The translations under genes and the position numbers were made by a program. A DNA stretch of 57,780 bases. Origin: Actinomycetes bacterium (GTDB lineage: Bacteria > Actinomycetota > Actinomycetes > JACCUZ01). The DNA lies in NCBI GenBank assembly GCA_035489715.1, contig DATHAP010000168.1, positions 1 through 57,780 of the forward strand, read 5' to 3'. Within the stretch, counting starts at the first letter, position 1. Every line of letters begins with the position of its first letter. The notes under the pieces were generated by a model. The model saw nothing but the letters and a program-made list of their open reading frames with translations. It was not told the origin of the DNA and made no database searches. Below are positions 47,671 through 57,087 of this stretch, in pieces.

Positions 47671-49754
47671 CGCCAGCCTCTCGCCCACGCATGCTGGGCT
47701 CCGAGGCTTTCACGCCAGCCCAGCAGCCGGGCGGCCAGGTCGGCGAGGACGGCGACGGCCGCGAGCGCGTCCTCGGACCCGACCGGGGCGGTGTCGTAGA
47801 GGACCCGGTGCACGACGTCGAAGGCGTTGGCGACCCGCACCGGGTCCGGCGGGTCGGCGGTAGGCCAGCCGGCGACCAGCCGCCGGCGCATTTCCTCCAG
47901 CGACTCGGCGGGTGCCCGCACCAGCGACGTGCCCGACAGCACGCGCTCGAGCTCCGCCATGGCCGCTCTCACCTTGACGTCGAGCGGCGCTGCCGCGGCC
48001 CGGGCCCCGGCGCTGCGGCGTCGGGCCCGGCGCACCAGGAGCACGGTCGCGAGGGCGCCCGGCACCGCCGTCACCAGCAGCCCGACGACCAGCGATGCAT
48101 GCGCCCGGACGAGAGCCCACAGCCGTGCGGGCACGCGCGGCTCGTCCTCGGCCGGCGTCGCGCCGGCCGTGGGGTCGGTCCAGACCCACTGGGAGTCGCC
48201 CACGTGCACCTGCACCCAGGCGTGCGCGTCGGCACCGGTCATCACCCGCACGTCGGCCCGGGGGGTGCCCCCGGCGAACCCGGTGACCACCCGGGCCGGC
48301 ACGCCGACCGACCGGAGCAGCACCGCCTCCGCCGACGCGAAGTGCTCGCAGAACCCCTCGTGCGACTCGAACAGGAAGTCGTCGACCGCGTCCTCGCCCT
48401 CGTCCGGCACCGGGGAGTCCAGGTCGTAGCGGGCCGTAGCGCGCAGGTAGCGCTCGATTGCGGCGACCTTGTCGAGCACCGTCGGCCGGCCACGGGTCAG
48501 CCGCACCCCCAGCGCGCGGGTCCGCTCGGTCACCGTCGGCGGCAGGGCGAGGTCGAGCGGGCTGACCGGCTCCTGGAGCGCGGCCGTGCTGGTCATCACG
48601 TACGGCGCTGCCCGGCCGCTGGCGACGCCCGGTGCGGTGCCGCGGAAGATGGCGCCCGGCCACAGCGAGACCATGGCTCCGGTGCGGACCGCCACCGGCC
48701 GGCCGGGTGCGAGCAGCGGCAGGCCCTCGACCAACGGCCGGACCGGGTCCGACCGCTCGGCGTGCGCCCGGCCGGACCGTCCGCCCAGCACGTCGAGGTC
48801 GTAGTCGCCCCCCGCGTCCGCGCGCAGCTGGACGGGCTCGACCGGCCACGGGGCCGGGCCCCACCGCCGTCCGTCGTACGTCCACAGCGAAGCGGCCCGC
48901 CACAGCTGCGGGCTGCCCGCCGGGACCTCCACCAGGCCGGTGGTCGGCAGCGAGCCCCGCGCGTCGAGATCCATGCCGGGCTCGAGGTAGCTCTGCGGTG
49001 ACCGGGGCGCCACCGCACCAGCATCCGTGGAGATGCCGGTCGACCCGTCGGAGGCGGCGCTCGTCCCGGACGTCGGCGGGCGGACCCCCTCGGGCCGCGG
49101 GAGCAGCAGGCCCAGCAGCGCCACCAGCACCGACCCGGCGACCAGCAGCGCGGGCTGGCCGGGCCGCACCCGTCGGCCGCCGCCGATCCGGTGCGGCACC
49201 CGCAGCGCCTCCCGGGCCCGGTGCAGCAGCCAGAGGGTCACCACGGCGGCCGACCAGCCGACGAGCAGCGCCAGGCCGAGAACCGAGGTCACGTCCGGCG
49301 ACTGCTTCTCCGGTGAGGTGCCGACGGCCATGAAGAACGCCACCCCGCTGGCCACCATGACGACACCGAGGTGCCTGAAGGTGACGGCCGCTGCCAGCTG
49401 CGCCAGCAGCACCACGCCGACCAGGGGCGCGAGGACGCGCCCGATGCCGTCGACCAGCACGGCCGGGTCACCGCCCCCGGCCCGACTCGCATCCAGGAGC
49501 TTCACACCGGCCAGCACGAAGCAGCCCACCACGACCGGCTGCGCGATCCGCATCCGGCGGCGCGCGGGGACGCCCCACGGCCAGATCACCGGAGCGGCGG
49601 CGGCCGCCGGCACCAGCAGGAGCAGCAGGGCGGCGACCGGTCCGGCGAGCAGGCCCCGCGCGGTGAGGGCGACAAGAGCCGCGGTCACCGTCGTCCCGGC
49701 GGCGATCGCGATGGCCAGGGTCTCGCCGGACGTCGTCTGGCGGGGGTCTGTCAT
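47565..49754 (-). CDS. TgpA-like polytopic membrane transglutaminase-domain protein
   Basis: An N-terminal multi-TM region is followed by a transglutaminase core with Cys/His/Asp (GFCEHFASA ... DAHAWVQV ... WTDPT) and a late TM segment. ATG 49754 overlaps the DUF58 stop (ATGA). The last 48 codons or so look like out-of-frame read-through into the pentapeptide gene. Confidence 0.85.
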   Translation of the reverse strand: MTDPRQTTSGETLAIAIAAGTTVTAALVALTARGLLAGPVAALLLLLVPAAAAAPVIWPWGVPARRRMRIAQPVVVGCFVLAGVKLLDASRAGGGDPAVLVDGIGRVLAPLVGVVLLAQLAAAVTFRHLGVVMVASGVAFFMAVGTSPEKQSPDVTSVLGLALLVGWSAAVVTLWLLHRAREALRVPHRIGGGRRVRPGQPALLVAGSVLVALLGLLLPRPEGVRPPTSGTSAASDGSTGISTDAGAVAPRSPQSYLEPGMDLDARGSLPTTGLVEVPAGSPQLWRAASLWTYDGRRWGPAPWPVEPVQLRADAGGDYDLDVLGGRSGRAHAERSDPVRPLVEGLPLLAPGRPVAVRTGAMVSLWPGAIFRGTAPGVASGRAAPYVMTSTAALQEPVSPLDLALPPTVTERTRALGVRLTRGRPTVLDKVAAIERYLRATARYDLDSPVPDEGEDAVDDFLFESHEGFCEHFASAEAVLLRSVGVPARVVTGFAGGTPRADVRVMTGADAHAWVQVHVGDSQWVWTDPTAGATPAEDEPRVPARLWALVRAHASLVVGLLVTAVPGALATVLLVRRARRRSAGARAAAAPLDVKVRAAMAELERVLSGTSLVRAPAESLEEMRRRLVAGWPTADPPDPVRVANAFDVVHRVLYDTAPVGSEDALAAVAVLADLAARLLGWRESLGAQHAWARGWRWTRSPRARRSATSTGTPRTSAAGHSSRASSTTPT

Positions 49755-50824
49755 CCCGCCGTCTCCAGGACCCGCAGGGCCAGCCCCGGGCAGTGCCGCG
49801 CCGCCTCGGCGGACCAGCCCGCCGGGGTCTCCAGGGGGATCGCCACGTGCAGCTCGCCCGGACCGAAGCCGCGCAGCACCGTCGAGCCGAAGACCGCCGG
49901 GTCGGGCAGCACCGTGTCGTGCACGGTGGCCCACCAGTCCAGCAGCTCGGCCGGTCTCGTCGCCGACGCGAGCACCGGGCCGTCGACGTGCCAGGCGACG
50001 ACCATGACCCGGCTGCCGGCGCGCAGCGCGGCGTCCGCGATCGAAGCGGCGGCGGTCAGCACCGCCTCGAAGCTCGGCGCCGGGTCCGGCCCCAGGAGGA
50101 CCAGGTGCACCGCCGGCTGCACCACCTCGCCGCGCTCGAGGACGGTCAGTCGCCCGGTGCGGGCGGTCGTCCGCCAGTGCACCCGGCCACGGTCGTCGCT
50201 CGAGCGCCACTGGCGGACCCCGAGCACCTCGGGTCCGGGCCGGGCGACGACCGCGCCGGTCGCGGCCGGGTCGGTCATCGCGGCACCGGCCGGGGCGGGT
50301 CGCGGCGGACGTACGACGTGCAGCGTGGGGTGGACGACGACGTCGTCGGGGGCGAGCACGCGCCGCCGCGCCACGAGCAGCCCGAGGCCGGGCCGGGACT
50401 CCAGGTGCACGAGCGAGAGGTCCGAGGTCCGGCGCGCCGCGGCGAGGCGGGACACCGTGACGTCGGCGGACGCCCCCGGCTCGAGGGCCCCCACGGAGAC
50501 CGCGAGGTCGGCCAGCCCGTGGGTCTGCACGAGCAGGACCAGCTCGCTGCTCGGCCGGGCCGAGCGGTTGGCCACGCGCACCCGGACCGGGACCTCCTCA
50601 CCGACCTCGCTGCGGCGGCGGTGAGTGACCTCGACCTCGACCCCGTCCAACCGGGCCCGGGTCGTCACGCCGGCCGCAAGGAGCCCGGCGCAGCCGCCGA
50701 GCAGCACCAGGAACCATGCGTTCCCGGTCACCCACGCGAGCTGGGCCAGGACGATGCAGGCGAGCACGAGCGCCGCGGCTCGGCCGGTGGGCCGGTGGAC
50801 CGCCCGGCCGGACGTCGGCGTCAT
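49751..50824 (-). CDS. DUF58 domain-containing protein
   Basis: Two N-terminal TM helices are followed by the DUF58 core motif RQWRSSDDRGRVHWRTTARTGRLTVLE. Confidence 0.88.
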   Translation of the reverse strand: MTPTSGRAVHRPTGRAAALVLACIVLAQLAWVTGNAWFLVLLGGCAGLLAAGVTTRARLDGVEVEVTHRRRSEVGEEVPVRVRVANRSARPSSELVLLVQTHGLADLAVSVGALEPGASADVTVSRLAAARRTSDLSLVHLESRPGLGLLVARRRVLAPDDVVVHPTLHVVRPPRPAPAGAAMTDPAATGAVVARPGPEVLGVRQWRSSDDRGRVHWRTTARTGRLTVLERGEVVQPAVHLVLLGPDPAPSFEAVLTAAASIADAALRAGSRVMVVAWHVDGPVLASATRPAELLDWWATVHDTVLPDPAVFGSTVLRGFGPGELHVAIPLETPAGWSAEAARHCPGLALRVLETAG

Positions 50825-50833
50825 CGGCGGCGT

Positions 50834-51811
50834 TCAGCGCCGGACCGGCACCGGGACCCGGGCCAGCACGTCACGCACGACGTCGGCGCCCACCACGCCG
50901 CGACCGGCCGTCGACATCCGGTGCGCGAGGCACGGTCCTGCTGCACGACGTACGTCGTCGGGGATCACGTAGTCCCTCGCGGCGAGCACCGCGAGCGACT
51001 GCGCGACCCGCACCAGCATCAGCCCGGCCCGGGTGCTTGCCCCGGCGGCGACCCGTGGGTCCCCCCGCGTGCCCTGCACGACGGCCAGCGCGTAGTCGAG
51101 GACCTCGTCGGCGACATGGGTGCGGCGGGCCCGGGACCGGGCTGCCAGCAGGGTCGGCACGTCGGCGACCGGCTGCAGGTGGTCGACCGTGGGCTCGACC
51201 AGCTGCTCGCGGACCACCATCCGCTCGTACGCCGGGGCCAGCGGGCCCATGGACAGGGCCACCGCGAACCGGTCCAGCTGACCCTCCGGCAGCTGGTAGG
51301 TGCCGTGCTGGTCCGTGGGGTTCTGGGTGGCGATCAGCGTGAACGGCTCGGGCAGCGGGCACCGGCGCCCGTCAACCGTGACCGCGAGCTCGTCCATCGC
51401 CTCGAGCAGGCCGGACTGGGTCCGGGCGGAGGCCCGGTTGAGCTCGTCGACCAGCACGACGTTGGCGAAGATCGGCCCGGGGACCACCTCGAACGCGAAC
51501 CGCTGCGGGTTCCAGACCGCCGAGCCGGTGACGTCGGCCGGCAGCAGGTCGGAGGTGCCCTGGATGCGGGCGAACGACCCGCCGAGGCTGCGGGCGACCG
51601 CCCTGGCCAGCGTGGTCTTGCCGCTGCCCGGGAGGTCCTCGACGAGCACGTGGCCGCCGGCGAGGACCGCGGCGACCACCAGCTCCACGACGTCGTCGTG
51701 GCCGCGCAGCACGCTCTTGACCGTGGTCACCAGCGCGGTCGCGACCGACGCCGGGTGCCAGCCGGCCACCCCGGTGGCTCCCCGTGGCCCGGTCACCGTG
51801 TCCTCGAGCAT
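50834..51811 (-). CDS. moxR: MoxR family AAA+ ATPase
   Basis: It has Walker A LPGSGKTTLARAVA, Walker B VVLVDELNRA, TLIATQNP and the sensor region. I trimmed the 892-aa ORF to ATG 51811. Confidence 0.93.
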   Translation of the reverse strand: MLEDTVTGPRGATGVAGWHPASVATALVTTVKSVLRGHDDVVELVVAAVLAGGHVLVEDLPGSGKTTLARAVARSLGGSFARIQGTSDLLPADVTGSAVWNPQRFAFEVVPGPIFANVVLVDELNRASARTQSGLLEAMDELAVTVDGRRCPLPEPFTLIATQNPTDQHGTYQLPEGQLDRFAVALSMGPLAPAYERMVVREQLVEPTVDHLQPVADVPTLLAARSRARRTHVADEVLDYALAVVQGTRGDPRVAAGASTRAGLMLVRVAQSLAVLAARDYVIPDDVRRAAGPCLAHRMSTAGRGVVGADVVRDVLARVPVPVRR

Positions 51812-51907
51812 CCTCAGGTCATCGGCCCGAGCCGCGGCGCGCTTGACCACGGGACCCCGGCAAGATCGGTGGCGCGACCGGGGCGCCGGTGCCACCCTGA
51901 GCGCGCC

Positions 51908-53263
<1,356 letters not shown>

Positions 53264-53303
53264 GGACCGGAAGAGAACCGCCGGCCGGGCGGTTGGACCC
53301 GGC

Positions 53304-53705
53304 ATGGCGACTGCGACCGCGACCGGCGAGGCCTTCGACGAGCTCATCGAGGGCGACGGCATCGTCCTCGTCGACTTCTGGGCCGCCTGGTGCGGGCCGT
53401 GCCGGCAGTTCGCGCCGGTCTTCGAGGCCGCGTCCGAGCAGCACGAGGACATCCGCTTCCTCAAGGTGGACACCGAGGAGGAGCGCGAGCTCGCGGCCCG
53501 GGCGGCCATCACCTCGATCCCGACCCTGATGGCCTTCCGCGACGGGATCCTGGTCTACGCCCGGCCCGGCGCGCTGCCCGCGCCGATGCTGGAGCAGCTG
53601 ATCGAAGGCGTGCGGGCGCTGGACATGGACGACGTACGTCGTCAACTGGCGGAGCAAGACGCCGCCGGCGACGGGGTGGCCGGTCCCGCCGAGGCCGCCG
53701 GCTGA
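53304..53705 (+). CDS. trxA: Thioredoxin
   Basis: It has the WCGPC active site (VDFWAAWCGPCRQFAP) and the cis-Pro region ITSIPTLMAF, with an acidic or low-complexity C-terminal extension. Confidence 0.9.
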   Translation: MATATATGEAFDELIEGDGIVLVDFWAAWCGPCRQFAPVFEAASEQHEDIRFLKVDTEEERELAARAAITSIPTLMAFRDGILVYARPGALPAPMLEQLIEGVRALDMDDVRRQLAEQDAAGDGVAGPAEAAG

Positions 53706-53751
53706 CCGCACGCGGACGCCCGGCCCGCCCGGCGCCGGGTCAGGTTCGGCC

Positions 53752-53794
53752 GGTCCGACTGCGGAAGCCCTCTGGGTCCGACTGCGGAAGCCCT
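53752..53794. repeat. Two perfect 20-nt direct repeats (GGTCCGACTGCGGAAGCCCT), period 23, upstream of the acyl-CoA dehydrogenase promoter region
   Basis: The copies lie at 53752-53771 and 53775-53794 and are identical. Confidence 0.9.
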
Positions 53795-53802
53795 TGCCAA
53801 AC

Positions 53803-53820
53803 GTTACTGGCGAGTAGCAT
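53803..53820 (+). promoter_or_regulatory. Operator/promoter motif GTTACTGGCGAGTAGCAT (site B)
   Basis: It matches site A (35693) at 16 of 18 positions. Its TAGCAT -10-like hexamer lies 53 nt before ATG 53874, the same spacing as at site A. Confidence 0.55.
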
Positions 53821-53827
53821 CATCGTT

Positions 53828-53845
53828 GTTACCGACGAGTAGCTA
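53828..53845 (+). promoter_or_regulatory. Operator motif GTTACCGACGAGTAGCTA (site C)
   Basis: It matches site A at 15 of 18 positions and shares the upstream GTTGTTACCGA context. It lies 25 nt downstream of site B. Confidence 0.55.
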
Positions 53846-53873
53846 ACCGCCGGACGGAAGGGCGACGCCGCAG

Positions 53874-55715
53874 ATGGGTCACTACAAGAGCAACCTCCGG
53901 GACATCGAGTTCAACCTGTTCGAGGTCTTCGGCCGCCAGCAGGTCCTGGGCAGCGGGCCCTACGCCGAGGTCGACGAGGAGACCGCGCGCAGCATCCTGC
54001 AGGAGGTCGAGCGACTGGCGACCCACGAGCTCGCCGAGTCGCTGCTCGACTCCGACCGGGAGCCGCCGGTCTACGACCCGGCGACCAGGAGCGTGACCAT
54101 GCCGGCCGGCTTCGCCAAGTCCTTCCAGGCCTACATGGACGCGGAGTGGTGGCGCCTCGACCTGCCCGAGGAGCTGGGCGGCACGGTCTGCCCGCCGAGC
54201 CTGCGCTGGGCGGTCGCCGAGCTGGTGCTCGGGTCCAACCCGGCCGTGCACATGTACGCGTCGGGCATGGCCTTCGCCCACGTCATCTACCGGCTCGGCA
54301 CGGAGGAGCAGCACAAGGTCGCCCAGCGGATGGTCGACGGCAGGTGGGGCGCGACCATGGTGCTCACCGAGCCCGACGCCGGCTCCGACGTCGGCGCCGG
54401 CCGCACCAAAGCGGTCCAGCAGGCGGACGGCAGCTGGCACATCGAGGGCGTCAAGCGCTTCATCACCTCGGCCGAGCACGACATGTCCGACAACATCGTC
54501 CACCTGGTGCTGGCCCGGCCCGAAGGCGCCGGCCCCGGCACCAAGGGCCTGTCGCTGTTCATCGTCCCCAAGACCCACTTCGACTGGGACACCGGCGAGC
54601 TCGGTGAGCGCAACGGCGTCTATGTCACCAACGTCGAGCACAAGATGGGGCTCAAGGCCTCCACCACCTGCGAGCTCACCTTCGGCGAGGACGAGCCGGC
54701 CGTCGGCTGGCTGGTCGGCGACGTGCACGAAGGCATCGCCCAGATGTTCAAGGTCATCGAGTTCGCCCGGATGATGGTGGGCACCAAGGCCATCGCCACC
54801 CTGTCGACCGGCTACCTGAACGCGCTGGACTACGCCAAGACCCGTCTGCAGGGGCCGGACCTGACCCAGATGACCGACAAGAGCGCGCCCCGGGTGCCGA
54901 TCACCCACCACCCCGACGTGCGCCGTTCGCTGATGCTGCAGAAGGCGTACGCCGAGGGCATGCGCGCCTTGATCCTCTACACCGCCACCATCCAGGACGA
55001 GGTCGCGCTCGCAGAGGCCGACGGGCAGGACGACGCGGCGCACGACCTCGCGGTGCGGCTCAACGACCTGCTGCTGCCGATCGTCAAGGGCTTCGGCTCC
55101 GAGAAGTCCTACGAGCTGCTCGGGTCGCAGTCGCTGCAGACCTTCGGCGGCTCGGGCTACCTGCAGGACTACCCGATCGAGCAGTACATCCGCGACGCCA
55201 AGATCGACACCCTCTACGAGGGCACGACGGCGATCCAGGGCATGGACTTCTTCTTCCGCAAGATCGTGCGGGACAAGGGCCAGGCGCTGACCAAGCTGAT
55301 GACCGAGATCCAGGACTTCGCCAAGGGCGACGAGGGCAACGGCTCGCTACGGGCCGAGCGCGACCTGCTCGCCAAGGCGCTCGAGGACGTCCAGGGCATC
55401 GTCGGCACCATGGTCGGCGCGCTCACGGCGTCGGCCGAGGACGTCACCAACGTCTACAAGGTGGGCCAGAACACCACCCGGCTGCTGCTGGCCTGCGGCG
55501 ACCTGGTCACCGGGTGGCTGCTGCTGCGCCAGGCGGCGGTCGCCCAAGGGGCCCTCGACGGCGGTGCCACCGGCCGCGACGCCGCCTTCTACCAGGGCAA
55601 GGTGGCAGCGGCGAGCTTCTTCGCCCGCCAGGCGCTGCCGCTGCTCGCGGCGCACCGCGCGGTGGCCGAGGGCATCGACAACGCCCTGATGGAGCTGCCC
55701 GAGGAGGCCTTCTAG
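53874..55715 (+). CDS. Long-form acyl-CoA dehydrogenase, FadE5-like (with C-terminal helical domain)
   Basis: The N-terminus [18 protein letters not shown] is characteristic of the FadE5 type. It is 613 aa long and has ACAD middle and C-terminal domains ([16 protein letters not shown]). Confidence 0.93.
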   Translation: MGHYKSNLRDIEFNLFEVFGRQQVLGSGPYAEVDEETARSILQEVERLATHELAESLLDSDREPPVYDPATRSVTMPAGFAKSFQAYMDAEWWRLDLPEELGGTVCPPSLRWAVAELVLGSNPAVHMYASGMAFAHVIYRLGTEEQHKVAQRMVDGRWGATMVLTEPDAGSDVGAGRTKAVQQADGSWHIEGVKRFITSAEHDMSDNIVHLVLARPEGAGPGTKGLSLFIVPKTHFDWDTGELGERNGVYVTNVEHKMGLKASTTCELTFGEDEPAVGWLVGDVHEGIAQMFKVIEFARMMVGTKAIATLSTGYLNALDYAKTRLQGPDLTQMTDKSAPRVPITHHPDVRRSLMLQKAYAEGMRALILYTATIQDEVALAEADGQDDAAHDLAVRLNDLLLPIVKGFGSEKSYELLGSQSLQTFGGSGYLQDYPIEQYIRDAKIDTLYEGTTAIQGMDFFFRKIVRDKGQALTKLMTEIQDFAKGDEGNGSLRAERDLLAKALEDVQGIVGTMVGALTASAEDVTNVYKVGQNTTRLLLACGDLVTGWLLLRQAAVAQGALDGGATGRDAAFYQGKVAAASFFARQALPLLAAHRAVAEGIDNALMELPEEAF

Positions 55716-55911
55716 GGCTGAGTTCGAGGGCGGTCTGTCCGGATCCGTCCCGGTTGGGTCGGGGTGGACGACCGGCCGATCGGGTGCCGCCAGGTTGCTG
55801 CTCGGCAGACCGGGGTACAGCCACGATGCAAGCAAACGTGCAGGCGGCGCCCGCCGCCGGCGCCAGGCCGGCCCGCCCGGTCGTCCACCAGCTCAGCCGG
55901 GAGGTTCACCA

Positions 55912-56130
55912 ATGGGCATCGGGGTCAGCATCTTCCTGATCGCGCTAGGCGCGATCCTTGCCTTCGCCGTCAACGTCAGCGTCTCCGGACTCGACATCGC
56001 CGTGGTCGGCTGGATCCTCATGGTCGTGGGGGCCATCGGCCTGATCATGACCGCGTTCATCTGGGGGCCGCGCAACCGCGCCCGTGGTGACGTGGTCGCG
56101 GAGCGCCGGGTCTACGACGACCGCGTCTGA
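55912..56130 (+). CDS. DUF6458-like small two-TM membrane protein (paralog 1)
   Basis: The sequence is MGIGVSIFLIALGAILAFAV...VVGWILMVVGAIGLIMTAFIW. A GGGAGG SD lies 8 nt upstream. Confidence 0.7.
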   Translation: MGIGVSIFLIALGAILAFAVNVSVSGLDIAVVGWILMVVGAIGLIMTAFIWGPRNRARGDVVAERRVYDDRV

Positions 56131-56211
56131 CGACCTGACCAGGCCGGCTGCCCCCCGCACGGGGCGGCCGGCCTCTCTCGTTCGCAGGTTCCCAGGGAGG
56201 AAAGGATCCGC

Positions 56212-56541
56212 ATGAGCCGTTCGCGACCCCCCGACGGCCGGACCTCCGTCGGCACCGGCGTCGTGCTGATGGCCGTCGGAGCGGTGCTGGCCTTCGCGGT
56301 CGACGCGCCCGCCGAGATCGAGGAGTACGTCGACGTGCTCGACCTGGGCCTGATCCTGGTCTGGGCCGGCGTCCTGGTCCTGGTCATGCAGCTGGTCATG
56401 AACCGCGCGCCGCGCGCCGACCGGCGACCCCGGCGGGAGCGCGTCTACGACGACCGCACCGACGAGTGGTACGAGAACGACGTGCACCGGCCCGGCTGGG
56501 CCGGCGAGACCAGCCGCCTGCCGACTGTGCGCGACCGCTGA
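56212..56541 (+). CDS. DUF6458-like small two-TM membrane protein (paralog 2, extended C-terminus)
   Basis: It has GVVLMAVGAVLAFAV...LGLILVWAGVLVLVMQLV and shares RVYDDR with paralog 1. A GGGAGGAAAGGA SD precedes the start. Confidence 0.7.
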   Translation: MSRSRPPDGRTSVGTGVVLMAVGAVLAFAVDAPAEIEEYVDVLDLGLILVWAGVLVLVMQLVMNRAPRADRRPRRERVYDDRTDEWYENDVHRPGWAGETSRLPTVRDR

Positions 56542-56548
56542 CTCAGGC

Positions 56549-57076
56549 TCAGGACGTCTCGCCGAGCAGCCGGTCCTTCGCGAACGCGTAGGACACCATC
56601 CAGTGCGGCTGCACCCGCAGGTAGACGATGTCCGGCCCCCAGCTGCTCGGGCTGGAGCCGTAGTGCGCGGTCAGGTGCTCCTCGACCGCCGGCCGGTCCG
56701 GGTGGTCCGGGCCCAGGAACTCGGCCTGCCCGTGGCAGAAGACGCCGAGGTCGTCGCCGACGATGTGGGCCGCCGAGACCGCCGGCCGGGCCCTCAGGTG
56801 CCGCGCCTTGACCGCCTCGCCCGAGGTCGTGAACACCCAGCGGGCGTGCAGGAAGTGGCCGTCCTCGCCGCTGATCCGCGGCTCGCCGCCGCGCGTGACC
56901 GTCGCCACCGACAGGGTGCGCATCCCGGTCAGGACCGTCGCCGTCTGCTCCGCGTCGAGGGTGCGCTCGCCCTCGGTCATGATGGCCCGCAGGTGCTCGC
57001 TGGACCCGCGCAGTGAGCGGGTCAGCAGGTCGTCCAGCCAGGCCAGCTCCTCCGCCGTCTCGAACACGGCACCCAC
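56549..57076 (-). CDS. Pyridoxamine 5'-phosphate oxidase family (FMN-binding split barrel) protein
   Basis: The sequence TLSVATVTRGGEPRISGEDGHFLHARWVFTTSGEAVKARHLRARPAVSAAH is typical of the PNPOx-like fold. The start is uncertain (GTG 57076). Confidence 0.75.
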   Translation of the reverse strand: MGAVFETAEELAWLDDLLTRSLRGSSEHLRAIMTEGERTLDAEQTATVLTGMRTLSVATVTRGGEPRISGEDGHFLHARWVFTTSGEAVKARHLRARPAVSAAHIVGDDLGVFCHGQAEFLGPDHPDRPAVEEHLTAHYGSSPSSWGPDIVYLRVQPHWMVSYAFAKDRLLGETS

Positions 57077-57087
57077 CCTGGCACGGC

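Noticed and set aside
49793-51907. N-terminal extensions of tracked ORFs: the 1156-aa ORF feeding into the MFS gene, the 892-aa ORF feeding into moxR, the 695-aa ORF feeding into the SDR gene, the 686-aa ORF feeding into the oxidoreductase gene, and the 449-aa ORF feeding into the LuxR gene.
   Set aside because: The upstream parts overlap other well-supported genes and look like non-protein sequence. The real proteins begin where family-typical N-termini and SD or -10 signals appear.
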